A stretch of 64,000 nucleotides of DNA from Cenococcum geophilum (Eukaryota), in the NCBI GenBank assembly GCA_050273025.1, contig CP158636.1, forward strand, positions 3,906,001-3,970,000, in the 5' to 3' direction. Position numbers and translations under genes: made by a program. Below, in pieces: positions 24,901 through 38,200 of this stretch. Position 1 is the first letter of the stretch; each line of letters starts with the position of its first letter. A model generated the notes under the pieces. That model worked only from the letters and a program-made list of their open reading frames with translations. It ran no database searches and was not told the origin of the DNA.

Positions 24901-27708
24901 TTTACAGTATAGGGTTTATAGTCTTCCTTAGCTTACATTCCATTTTCCATAAATTATCCTTCTAGTCTATTAGTTTAGTATATTGTCTAATATCCCTAGC
25001 CTTCCTTTATAGCTATATAGGGCCTAAGTTCTCTATTAGGGACTTAGCTAAACCACTACTAACTTCCTAAGTCTTTAGTGCGGGTGGTGTAATATAGGTA
25101 GTTTAGGGGCGGTATAATATACGGATCCGTTACGGATTAAGCCATATATCCTTCTTAAAAGCCTAGTCCCTACGCGTCGCATCGGCTTAGTAAATAGTGT
25201 TTATCTATGGCTATATAAGGTTTTCTATTATAATACTAATCTCTTTTATAAAGGAAGGCGTTAGGGGTATAGTTTTGGGCTAAATAAGCTACCTATTCCG
25301 TATATTAAGCTATAAGCCTAAATAGGCTAGCTATTTTCTCCCTAAAATTATAGTATAGCTTCTAAGGTCCATAATAAGGAAGGGGATATTATACTACCTT
25401 TATCTATTAACGCGGAGGTAGATCTATAAGATAGCTATAATAGATAGCCCTATTTATCCGTTATAACCATAAATAGGGATTAGTTTAGGCAGTTCTTTAA
25501 GGGGTATATTTAAAAAGTTAGCCAGTTTTATAGCGCACTTTATATTAATTAAGGTAAAGGTATTTACTCCTAAGTTAGCTAAAGTAGAGGTTAAAACTTA
25601 ATATCTATTACGGAATAAAGTATAAAGGATAGTATAGCTTCTTCTACTAACTAGCTAACCTAGATTAATATATAACATATTAATCCCTTTTAACCCTAAA
25701 GAAGAGTCTTCCTCTAGGGTTCCTCTTTTTCCAGCTCCGTACTATCCTCCTAAATTAATAGGACCTTATTTATCTTTACCTTTATTAAGTAGTTCCTTAT
25801 AGGGTAGCCTATTTAACTATATAAGAAGCAAGCTCCTTAATTACTAAGGGCCTATATATAGGGGTCGCTATATATAGGCCGGGTGTACACTAGGCCCGCA
25901 ATAGGGGTAGCTACGCGGCTAGCTGCTGGGTTAACTATAGAAGTTACCAATTATGCTAAAGCACTATAGGCCGTACTTATATTACTTATAGCCTAGTTTA
26001 TAAGGTTTTTAATTTTTAGCTAATTAGCGCGTGCCTTAATTTAATAGAGGCCTTAGTTAATAGCTAGGCAACAGTTTATAAGTTCCTTTAACGTCTATAC
26101 TATAGTATAAGCTAGTAATACGGCCCGCTATAGGTCTAGGGTAAGCTTATTAAAGAGGTCTAGTAGTAGGTCTTTTTAGGGGATCTAGGCCTATCTAGCT
26201 AGGTATAAAAAGCGGGTTTAAAAGGCCAAAAAGGTCTCCGTTATTTTTATATTTAGGCTTTTATAGCTAAGGTAGGCATTCTATACTTTAAAAGGGTCTT
26301 TATAAATAGAGAATAAGTATTTAATTATTTCTTCTTTAGAGATAAAGGGGTTTATTAAGTCTTTAGTATATTACGGGCGTAAATATATCTAGGTATCTCC
26401 GCCAGTATAGCTAAAAAATATAGGCCATTCTGGCTTGGGCGTTAGGGAAGTAGTCTATATTAACTTTAAGCTTATCCTATAATTAAAGCTTTTAATTATT
26501 AAATATAGGGTCGGTTCCGTCTATAAGTAGCAGGGAATCCGCAACCTTTATTAACCGCTTTAGTGCTATATAGGCCTTAGTAGATCTACTAAGGCGCTAG
26601 GATAGGGCCTAAAGGACTATAGCAAGTCTTTAATTATCTAATAATAACTTATTATTAGATATAGGGGTATTTATAGCTTTAAGCAGCTCTTATAGTTATT
26701 TAATTTCGGTATTAGTAGCCGCAAGCTCCGCCTAGTGGGTTAAAATATTAATTATTTCTTTATTTAAAGTATTTAAGGGTCCTATAGCTGCTTTACCTAC
26801 TACTATATTTCGTGGCGTAGTGGTAGAGGTATTAGGTAATTCTAAGTAATTTCTTTAGGGGTTCTAATCTATGCGTGTCTTATAGGTCCTTTCCTTAAGG
26901 TTCTATTCTTTTCTTTTAGGTCCTATCCTTATAGTCTTATTCTTATCCTTAGGGTCCTGTTTTATATTCTTATCCTATTTATAGTCTTATAAATATATTT
27001 AAGTTCCGTCTTAGGAAGAAAGAGTAAAGAGAGCTTTAAATAATATTAGCGACTTAGTTAATTAAGGCATAGGTATAGCAAAAGGGACGCGCAAGCCTAT
27101 ATAATTAGATTGTCTATAAATAAGAATCTAAAGCTAAAGAAGAGGAAAGGAAAAGATAAGTAGTAATATAAGGAGTTATATACAATCCCTAGTCACGTAA
27201 GAGTTATATAAGCTCTACGTCTACTATAACTGCTACTATAACTACCGCTTTCTGCCAGTGCCGTAATAGATTTTATTTATTTTTAATTTTACTTAGCCGT
27301 TAGAGGATTTAATTGAGGGTTTACTAGAGGGGCGCCTAAGGTTTACTAAACTAGCGGAGCCATTTTACTAGCTATATTAGTTTGTTATAGCTAACGGTTA
27401 CTTCCCTATAACTATAAATATTAAACGCGTTTAATAGGCTTTATATTTTATTAGATACCTTTTTAATAGAGGTCTTTCCGCTTTATAGTATAGTATTCGC
27501 TTATTTTTATTATAGAGGGCTATTACTAAGCGTGGTTCTAGTGGACGCGCGCGAGTATAAACCACCATTATTTAATATGTGCCTCCCCTGCGATGCATAT
27601 ATCTTAGGGGGATTCTCTAGGTATTTTTTAGGGTTCTTTTAGTTAATTTTAGTCTTTTTAGGCCGGGTGTAGTAAGAGCTCCTAACTTGCTAATATTATT
27701 GATCTTTA
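15903..27708 (-). mobile_element. Tad1-like LINE (about 5.8 kb net), RIP-decayed, interrupted by a Gypsy
   Basis: 16-bp TSD ataggggatttaaata (15887-15902, 27709-27724); short (ATT)n 3' tail; minus-strand remnants of endonuclease (about 19.2-19.86 kb), RT (YRLIALENTL, PLSPILFLFF; 17.4-18.3 kb), RNase H (16.6-16.9 kb) and a gag-like ORF1. Confidence 0.9.
21294..27268 (-). mobile_element. Ty3/Gypsy chromovirus-like LTR retrotransposon (Gypsy-0), RIP-decayed
   Basis: LTRs 21294-21519 and 27044-27268; TSD gattt; PPT (C-run on the plus strand) at about 21523-21533; minus-strand gag, protease, RT, RNase H, integrase and chromodomain remnants. Confidence 0.93.
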
Positions 27709-28188
27709 ATAGGGGATTTAAATAGAGTTTATAAGAATACTAAACCGGTCTAGTTAAGCGTTATATACGTTTGCCGTTAATTATACTACTAGTTAGGTAT
27801 ACTATAAGGATAATACTATTAAGTAATACTTATAAAATTATATAGATTATAAGAAGGGGGGCTATTAGACTGCTAGCTAATTGAGCTAAAAGGCGCGATA
27901 AAAGATATAGTAGTAAGCTTGCGAGTAAAGCGATAGAAGGGATAATAGTATTAAGTTATAATAGTAGAAAAAGATAAGATAAGATAAATAGGAGATAAGG
28001 TAAAAGGATTATAAGGATTAGTAACTAATTAGAGTAAAGCTAGTAAGCGTAGTACTAGGCCTAGTATAAAACTTATACTAGTATACTAGGATACTAAGAT
28101 AAGCCTTATACTAGGACTAGTACTAGTATACTAGCTTTACTAGTACTAGGGTTGCCTATATATAATTTTCAGCATTAAAGTATTTAAA

Positions 28189-29641
28189 ATATCTCTTACT
28201 AATAAGACTAAGCACCTAAAAGATTAGATAAAGCACTTGGAAACAGCAGGCTTGCTAATTAATCAATTTAATTTAATTAAGGCCTTAAATTGATTAAATT
28301 AAAAGCTTTATAAGCAGAAGGTTCAATTAATTGAATTGATTAAATCAATATTGAAACGATTGCAACTAATTGCAACTACATAGTAGTTAGTAATTATCAC
28401 GAGTCTTAGCATAGTGTTGATGCAGGAGGACCTACTTAGTGACACCCAGACCGCTTTCTACCCTTATTTCTGTCGCTCCTGCCATTAATATAGGCCTATC
28501 GCGAGTCTTGGTATGGTGTTAAGTTACCATCCTACTGTGTATTTTCTGTTCCTTCCTTCCGCGGTCGCCTTAGTATTGCTATCTAAGCTATAATCGGAGG
28601 TGTGCTGGGGGCCGGTAGGGACGGTATAATCAAAACGAGCTGTAGAGAGTGTTAAGGTATTCGTTTGGCTATTATCTAACGCGTTAAAAGCCATGGTGGT
28701 AATAGAATTGATATTATTAATAGGCAGGTCTAATAGTAAAACTCTTCTTACCTGCCAAGACTCTGGCGATAATATAACAGTATAAACAACGGGTGATACT
28801 CGGGTAACCCTTTTTTGGTAAAGGAGACTAAGAAAAATAAGGGTTAGAGCATTATTATATGTTATATTTAGTACATTTCTATATAATATTAAAAGTTTCA
28901 ATATTTATCAATCAATTCAATTCAACTAAAACCCCTATATTGATTGAGTTGCCAAGCTAGCGAGCTCTTGGTTAATTGAATTGATTAAGTCTTAGCATTT
29001 AATTCAATATTGAAACCTAGGTAATTAATTAGCAAGCCTGGGAAACAGATCTCTTTAAGCGTCTTTAATGGGCCTTAGACCCTACTATGACTAATAAAAA
29101 GGTCTAGTCGCTAATTAACAATAATAATAAGTATTAGACACTTATCGCTTTTTTAAAAGAGTTACTTATTATATAAGACTAGAACCTTAGGAAAATAGAT
29201 CTAAAAACAATATCTATACTTTTATATCTTACTAAACTATATAAAGACAATACTAAAACCAAGAAACTATGGCACGACGTAATTACTTATGGAGAGAGAT
29301 TACGCAATGCTTAAATAGTTAGAGAAGTCTAGTATAACCTCGGTACGAGATTTAACAAAGAAGGCCGCTATGTAGAAGCTGAAGATATATTACTCCCTAC
29401 TTTAAATTGTCTTAAAAAGGACTTAGGCTATAGGAGTTAGCAGTATTTTAGTTATTTAATGGAAATTATTAAGGCTCTTAGCGCTTAGCGTAAGGAAGAA
29501 TAGAAGAAGGAATTGTATAAAAAAGGAAAGTTCGTCTTAAGTAACGTTTACTGGTTAAAGAATGACAAGGAAAAGTATATTAAGTGGTTAGAAATTATAT
29601 ACTAGACTATACCTAGCACCGAAGCTACTATAACGTCTTAA
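28189..29641 (+). pseudogene. RIP-killed gene, about 216 aa, TPR-like helical repeat protein, interrupted by a hAT MITE
   Basis: 28189-28246 plus 29049-29641 join into one 651-nt frame without indels; all stops are TAA/TAG revertible to CAA/CAG/TGG; includes YNLGTRFNKEGRYVEAEDILLPTLNCLKKDLG. Confidence 0.7.
28247..29040. mobile_element. Non-autonomous hAT element, 794 bp
   Basis: TIRs caggcttgctaattaat / attaattagcaagcctg; perfect 8-bp TSD ggaaacag; subterminal attga repeats. Confidence 0.9.
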
Positions 29642-30402
29642 CTTGGGGCAGATAGGTTTAATTAAGTCTTATAGCTTATATTATATAACTTTGTCTTTAT
29701 TAAAGCCTTATAGCTTATAGAATTTATAATTTTAGTATAGAATTAAAGGCGGTAGTTTTTAAAGCTAGGGAAACTTTACCTATTAAAAGGATTGTATTAA
29801 TAAATCTTATATTTTATTTAAACACATTATTAAGGAAATACCTTAAAATTTAGAATAGCTATAATAAAGACCTAAAAGAATCTAGCTAACTAGGTATAAG
29901 TATTTTAGATATAAGGTTTAAGGGCCACTAGCTATCTAAATATACTACTAAGCTTATAAATTCGCAATACGGAAAAGTTTTTAAGTTAAGTTCTTTTAAT
30001 TCTATTATCGTGGGTTTAATCTACTATTTAACTCGATTATTAAAATCCTTAATAATTAAAATTTAAAATTACTTAAATAGCTCCTATAGTTCGCCTTTAT
30101 ACAGTTTACTAGTTAAAGTATAACTATAAATGTACTCGGCCTAGAGGTAGATTGTTCTTAGCTTTTTAGCTTATTATCTTTATCTAGCTTTTATATAAGA
30201 ATCTGCCCTAGCTATCTATTAATCTTAAAAGTCTCTATCTGCTCGAATCCTTAGGACTTATAGTACTAAATTAGCCCCCTACTACTACCAGCATAATAAT
30301 TAACTCAAAGTAGGGATACGCCGGCCTTACGAGCCAGTGTGCGCGCTTGCTCAAGCAGAAGACCGCCAATTCCTTTGCCGCTAGAAGTGAGGCCTCTCCC
30401 AC

Positions 30403-30826
30403 GACCACCCAGCTCGTATAATCACCTAGCTCGCACGATTATCTAACTCGTAGGATCGGCCAGATCCCACGATTACCTAGCTCGTAGGATCGGCCAGCTT
30501 GCACAAGCATCTAGCTCGCACAATCACCTAGCTCGCACGATCACCTAGCTCGTATAATTACCCAGCTCGTAGGATCGCCTAGCTTGCAGGATCGAAGCCG
30601 CGAAGTTATTAAACCTACTAATATCCTATTTGCACGCTAGGCGTTAATTAGAAGGCGCTAGGTCAAACCACCCTACTCGTACAATTACCTAGCTCGTAGG
30701 ATCCCCCAGCTCCCACGAGCGCCCAGCTCGCAGGACCGAAGCCGCAGCCGCTAAATCCATTAAGATCCTAGCTGCATATTTAGAGGGCGCTACGCCTGTC
30801 TACCTAGCTCGCACGACTACCTAGCG
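30403..30826 (+). repeat. 17-bp minisatellite (consensus about gatcacccagctcgcac)
   Basis: 11 tandem units at 30403-30589, with further units at about 30662-30733 and 30800-30826. Confidence 0.85.
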
Positions 30827-33800
30827 CATCTCTTCTTATGATTTACTATGAATTCCGCGTTCTTCCAAAAAAGAAAAAAAAATCTAGACCCTCCTAGGTA
30901 GAATGCCTTAATCGATCAATATTTAATCCTTTGACCAAATCTATACATCCTCTAAGCCTCCTGCCGCCCTTTGCTACCTCCTGTCCCACTTGCACTATTT
31001 TACTACGGCTATTATATTTTAGTAACTAGTTGCGATTTAGGCTCCACAACTTCTTATTATAGCTATAGTAACCTAAGTTATGCTCTTAAAGCAGTAAGGA
31101 TAAGGTATATTTTTTAGTTATCTATAATAATGACCTAATAGAGTGCTAGTGCTAAAGAAATTTCCGGTACGACGTATAAGGGTTAAGTTGATGTCTTAAC
31201 TCCGGGGTAGATAATCCTTTATTAGAAAATAGGCGAAATAGGGCTATATAGATATTAGAAGCAAAGACTAAGAGTATAAACAGCTATAAAAAGAATATTA
31301 AAGAGGAGAATAAATAAAAGGCAAGGTAGAGAGAAAAAGAGGCTTAGAGGATATATAATATCGGTCTCTTTAAATCTAGTGCTACGGTAGTATATAGGCC
31401 CTAGGAGCGGAAATAACAGTTAGACATTTAGAAGTTAGCTAAGAGGGTACGCATCTTAGTATTAGTCGTAATTAGAAGGTCGGCGTTAAGGAGTAGGTAT
31501 AGGGCACTGAGGGTAGGTCCTTATAGTAGGGGTATAATAAAGGTAGAAGTGGAATTTAAGGGAGAAAGAGCTGGTAGAGAGGGTAGTAAAGGTAATAAAG
31601 CGTTTTATAGACGTTAAAAGCGGCGGTCGACTAAGTAAAAGAGCGATACCTAAAAATGGGTATTAGGGCCCCGCTAAACTAAAAGAGGTAGCGTACCTGG
31701 ACATAGATTACTATTGATTTCGTAATAGTTTATATTTACTTCGCAAGTCTTAGCAAGTGTTTAAATATATATTATAACGCCGTTGCCACTTTCGGCTATA
31801 CCTGGATATTCTTTATAAGTGTAGTTATAACTATAGTATGGCATGCCTAAGTAATTAGTATCCCTCCGGAAAACATTAGGAAGGGCATTAGTTAGGCTTG
31901 TAGATATAATGGAAGTAAAAAGTGCTAAAGTAAAGAGTATGGGAGCAAAGAGTATATTAACTAATCGAAGAATTTGAATTTTTGTAAATGGAGTAGAGTT
32001 GTCGGAAAGATAATTAGATTATGGTTTAAAACAAAAATAGAGGATTGTATTAAGCTAAGTATGGGATATTTATATTTACAATTAAGCTGACACAGCATCT
32101 ATATATCTAAAAATATTAGCGGATAGGTTTTATTGTAACGTACTTTCTTACAGTACCTTAATTAGTATTCGGCGACTAATTTCAGATAAAGAGTTTAATA
32201 AAGTTTTTAGGTATTATATAAGACCAGTAATCTTCTTAGACTGGGTTAATTCTGGAGCTCCGTGGCGGAGCCGTCTTTGGATTAAAGTGGATCCTATTAA
32301 TTTAATTAGTTGGATAGAGTGGATTTAAAGCTAAGCTCTAATTCTCTAAGCTAATTTGGTAGGTGTTACATAAGAATAGAGTTAATTAGCGACGTGAACA
32401 ATAAGATCCGATTTTAATTAGGAGTATAAGCTATATAATCTAAAAACTCTAGTATATACAAGTGTCGTTCCTCTTGCCCCTATTGTTATCGTTATTATTT
32501 CTTTAGTTAATCTATCCTTATCTTCTTTCTTACTACCACTGTTGGGAATAAAGGCAAGTGGTCACTATATAAGGTATATTGCCGTCATATATAGCAAGTT
32601 ACCGTTACATGCGGCAAGTTGCCGTCACGTGTCGCCGCGGCACTAGCGTGGCGAGGAGCCTTAAGCTCCTCGCCCTCCCTTATTAAAAAATAAGAATAAC
32701 AATTATTATACTATCTATAAACCGTATTTACGTAATATTACCTTATATAACTAACACTAATTAGTAGTTAACTTTACTGTTATACTATAGAGCAGCTAGG
32801 TATTCCACTAAGAAGAGACAAGTCACTATACTAGTGCTACTTATACTAAAGGGAGCTGTCTTTTAAGGTTAGAACTGGTCCTAAACTTTAAATAGAACTC
32901 TTTTATAAATCTAAGGATCTAAAGGCTAGAACTAGTCCTAAGCCTTTCTAAAATTATAAATTCTTGCGTCTATTATATAGAACAATACACTTTATAAGTC
33001 TTTGCGATTTAAGGCTAGAACTAGTTTTAAGCCCTATAATTGCAAATATATGTTATAAACGTGTACTAAATAATAAACGCGTACTAAACGATAAATATAT
33101 ATTATAAACGCGTATTAAACGATAAATATACATTACAAACGCGTACTAAATAATAATCCCTACACTAATAACACTTCCCTCCCTCTAAAAATATGGCTAT
33201 GCCTACTTTAAACAACTAGGAAGACTCCTTACTACTAGGGGTAGCTTTATACGCGAAACTTATTAATAAAAATTAGGACGAATTTACCTTTAATATAATA
33301 ACTTATACTATAAAACAAGTTAATAGCTTTCTCCTATACCGTATTATATTCTACTAAAGTAGATACTACGCCGATTTATAGCTGTGGGAATATTTTAGGG
33401 AGAATTTTATAGGATAGACCGCTAACACCTAGGCACTTAGCAATGTTAATATTGTTTAGGATTTTTAAGACTTCCTCTATAGAAATAGGGTATACGTTAC
33501 TAAAAACGGTAATCTAATTGCTAGCAATATTTAGGCTGTTATTATTAGTATAGAAGAACTAGTATAGACGGAAGCTAAGATTATACGTTAACTATAAAAA
33601 CCTAGAACTAACCTATATTCTTTAAAAGGCAACTTTAATTTAGAATGAAACCCCTAGAACGCTACTTTCCTACTTAAAGGTGCTCTCCTACCTAAAGGTA
33701 CTCTTCCTCTACCTTTACTATCTTTAACTCCTCTACTCTAGCTAACTAGTAAGCCCCTATTATAAGAAGTTATAAATCTAATAAAGGTATATTTAGACAA

Positions 33801-35213
33801 AGAAAAGAAGTTTAGAGGAGAACTATATAATATACTCAGAGTAAAACTATAGATCTTCTATAACTGCTATAATAAGGTTAAAATTTAATGCCACCAGTAC
33901 TACTACGCTTTCTCCATTATATTAAAAAGATAGGTAGTAATATACTATTACGACTATATTATAGGTAAAAACTATAGCTTTAATATAATGCTTTAGCTTA
34001 CTAGAGCTTACTTTAAGACTAATAAGAATTACTAACTTTATATATCTAAATAGCGAGAGACTATATTTTAGAGGGTTATTACTTCTAACCTAATAAAGAC
34101 TTATTTAGAGTGCCTTTAACTACTCTTTAATAAACTCTAAAAAATCTAATATAGCCTTATTAAAACTTACTAAAATAAGAACAGCCTAAGGGACTAGGTT
34201 ATCTTAGTATACTATAGCGTTCCTAAGTATAACTTAGCGCTATATAAACCTATAGATACGTTTAAAGGAGTATATACTAAGCTACGCTCCGCTATAGGTA
34301 CTATAATATAAATATAAGAATCTTAATAGTTTTATACTAAAAACCCTACCTAATTAAGTATTCCTAACTAATATAATTATAACTAGACTGATTAAATATA
34401 TAGTAGCTGTAATAGGGAATACGGAAGAGGGTATAATTAATATTAACTATAAGGTAATTATAGAGGTCCTTATAGAGATTCATTTTGAAGTAATTACTAG
34501 AAGAAGTGCTATATTTATAAGAAGCTAAATTACTAGTTAACTAGATACTCCCTTAATAAGCGAAAAGAGGTATATAATAAGTTCCGCTAAAGTATAAAAA
34601 ACGTTAGAAATTATAAGGTTAGTACGGCCTACTTTTAAAGCTTTTTAGTTTAATATAAAGGCGTAGAAGATCTTAAGGGTGAGGTTAATAAGACTAAATA
34701 GCTCCTTATAGATATAGAAATTAAGGACTACTCTCTTAACTAATACTTTACTAAGTATAGTAAGGTAGATAGTATATAAACCGTTACTATTCTTAATAAC
34801 TAATCTACGCTCTATTCTATTACGAAATTAGATATCTTTAATAAGCTAAAGAAGAGTTCCGCGTTTTCCTTTAATAATAGATACTTAGTATACGTCTTTT
34901 ATAGTATTATACCGGATATAGGAGCCGTAGGAGTATCTATAGTAGGAAAACCTTAAGTTTAAGCTCTTTAGCAGCTTAATAGCTCTATTTAGATTAATTA
35001 ATTAACGGCAGGCTAATATATAATTTGCTTTAGTAAAGGTACTATAATCTTTCTTAGCATAATTAGGGTCTAAACCCCCTTAGGATATATTACTTTCTAT
35101 ATTATTTCTATAAATACTCTATTTCTATTTTGCATTAAAGATATAAATAAATTAGGTGTTAGGCTTAATAACCTTAAGAATATACTTATTTAGGGAGATA
35201 ATTAGGTACCTAT

Positions 35214-38200
35214 TGTTACGGACGCTTTAAGTACGATGTTACGACTACTTGGAGAGGAGACGGAAGAAGCTAGTTGGTTAATTTAGGCACGGTCTAGAAT
35301 GGAGCCGATAGAACTATGTGACGAGGAATAGTAGCCGAGGTTACGTGGGGTGATCTATATAATCTGTGGGATTTGCGTAATCCGTGACAGAGTAGATAGA
35401 GCACACGTATATTACGTATAAGAAGGATTTTATAGGAGTACGGTTGTGTATTTAAGGACCCTTAGTCCCTACCTAGATAGTTCCTTCTTTATAGTGATTC
35501 TTAGAATATAATTAGAGTTAATCTGTTAGGCAACCACTCCACCAGTTGTTATTACGTTGTTGACTTTTATACTTGTATTTCCTACACACCTAGCCTAATA
35601 ACGAGCCTATTGTAGTTCTTGCTACAAGGTTCTGTTATACAATCACTACCCGGTTACGGTATTAATATAGAAAGTCAAATAATATGCCACCAAAAGCACT
35701 AGCCACGACGCTATTAACGGCGGCAACTACTTCGAGATTAGGTAACGATACTAGTATAGCAGATACTGACTTATAGCAACCTATAACGGTCGGACAACTA
35801 TAAGAAATAGTCGACTAGTTAATAGAAAATAATATAATGTTAGAAAATAGGATTAACGGAATAGGCGTAGTGAAGGTTAAGTTACTATCGATCAAAAGAT
35901 ACTTAGGAGAGAGATTGAAGCTTAAAGGATTCCTTACGTAAATGCACTTTAAGGTAGTATAGGAGGGAGCAAAGCTGGCAACACCTATAGATTAAATAGC
36001 CTATGTAGGACTGTTCTTAACAGGAAGGGCACTTAAATAGTTTAAGCTTTACCTTATAGAGATATAAGCGAATGGCATAATAACCACTAACTAAGAGGTA
36101 CGGTTTATATTCTTAAGCTGGAATGGATTTGTAAAACGACTTACGTAAATATTCGGAGACCTAGAGGCGACGACTATAGCGGAAGAAAACTTTAAGATAT
36201 TACGCAACGAACCTTAGTAATTAAGTATATAACGTAGTTCCAGACATTAGCAACGTAAGTAGAGTGGAATAATAGGGCGCTTATGGCACAGTATAAGCAA
36301 GGACTTAAGGTAAAAGTCTAGGACGTAATTATCCTGATAGAAGATGCGGATACCCTAAGGGAACTAATAGATTAGGCGATTAAGATTAATAATTAGATCT
36401 ACTAAAGGGAATAGGCTAAGAGAGGCTAGGATAGAGTTCTATAGTTATATAAGGCGTAAAGTACGCAACAACTAAAGCTAAGTTAGAAATTATAGTATGG
36501 CGCAGAGCTAATGGACCTAAGTAGTACTAAAGAAGCCTATAAGAGATGGAGTAAGAAACCGTAGAAACCTAGGGGATAAGGATTAAGTAATTAAAGGTCT
36601 AAGAAGCAGAGGCCAAATTAGGGATCTTAATAGTAGAAGATGTTTAGGCGGACTCTATAGCAAGAAAAATAGTTTAAAGAAGGAGCTTGCATAAATTGCG
36701 GAAAATAGGGTTATTATATTAGAGACTATAGAAGTGGGTAGAGTTACTATATAGTAAAAGGCACGAGACTAGTAGACGATATACACGTATAGAGGGATAA
36801 TAATATACTGCGAGGAATAAAAGAGTGTTTAATTAAAAGTTTTGCGTTTTATTACAATAACGTATACCGAATTTATAAGGACGCTAAATATGGCGTAAGC
36901 TATTAGCTATAAGAGCTATTACCTATAAGATATAGAGGAACTAATAAACTAGTTCGCAGATCGGGTATTAAGGACGATAAATTTAACATAGGCGAAATAT
37001 TTTATGACGATAAGGTAATAAGAGCCGTTTACTGGGAACGAGTAGACCTTAGAGATATTATACTAGAGGTAAAGGATAATTCCACTACAGAATAGGGAAC
37101 ATTAGTAGGGATTAAGACCCCACTAGATATAATGTCTATCGCTTTGTAAGACGTAAGAGAAGTAGAATAGCGAACTACTTTAGCACTCAATAAAGGTAAA
37201 AGGCTAAAGGCTTAAGATTCTTAAGACGAGATAAGAGACGACTAAGATTCTTAAAACGAGATAAGGTAAGCTTAAGGACCTATAATGGACGATAACTAAT
37301 AGAGTAGAGCAACGGCTTAGTTTAGTAATATATAAATAAGCTTAGGACGAAGTTTCCTAAGGACATAAGACTTTTAAGACGAGATAAGAACACTAAGTAA
37401 GCCTAGTTAGACTAAGGTAGAAGTAAAGCTTAAGATAGGAGTAAGCTTAGGATTAAAGAATCTATAAGGTTAAGAATTCGGAGTACGAATTAAGACACCC
37501 ATAAGTAAGAGGTAAGAGGCTTCTTTATAGATTAGAGAATCTGCGGTATAAATAGTAATTAGACTAAGAGACGAATATATAGACCTAGAGGACTTACTAG
37601 TAGAACACTGTGTTTGGATTAAAGATTGAAAAGTTAATATAAAGATTAAGAAGTACGAAGACTTTAAGGATCTAAGTATAAGACGCAAACTAAAAGAAAC
37701 TATAGAAGAGTTTAGGTAAAGAATTATTGCATAGTAAGAACAGAAACTAAATAAGAGATTTAGCATATTAGGACGTATAAAGGACAGAGTACTAGTATAA
37801 AGAATTACTAATAGGCCTAGAGCAGGCACACTAAGAGCTAAGTAGCTTACTAAATTAGAAGATAAAGAGGATCTAGGGATCCCTACTAGGTTCAAAGAAC
37901 GATATATAAAGGGCTATTATAATATAGTAATGAGAAGATACTTCCTTATGGACAAGCCGTATATACTTTAGCAGCTATACTAAAAGTAGTATAGGTAAAG
38001 GCATAATGATAAGTAGGAAGATTTTTATATATAGTTGGATGAATAAGTTATCTAGGACCACCTAATTACGGAAAAGGCTATAACGTATATTAAAGGAGCC
38101 TTAATAATAATGTTAAAAGATTTTAAGGAACGATTAGAGGACTAGAGAAGTGAGAGACGTATCTTAGTACCTATAAACGAAGTTATAACGTTTAGATTAG

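Larger units (their letters stand above)
13287..28164 (-). mobile_element. hAT DNA transposon (about 3 kb net) expanded by nested insertions (right hAT)
   Basis: TIRs catacatgggcaaccctagt / actagggttgcctatatata (RIP form); perfect 8-bp TSD attttcag (13279-13286, 28165-28172); subterminal actagt repeats; transposase motifs DNKTRWCL, AALLLDP, RYPKLSCMAISILLIPPESAEAERVFS (about 13.9-15.8 kb) with stop codons. Confidence 0.92.

Noticed and set aside
2364..28164. Composite transposon of two hATs carrying the terpene cluster
   Set aside because: The two hATs have different TIRs and each has its own 8-bp TSD, so they are independent insertions.
28524..28901. 125-aa ORF as a captured gene
   Set aside because: It is inside a non-autonomous hAT, has a non-ATG start and no recognisable domain; more likely a transposase remnant or a chance ORF.
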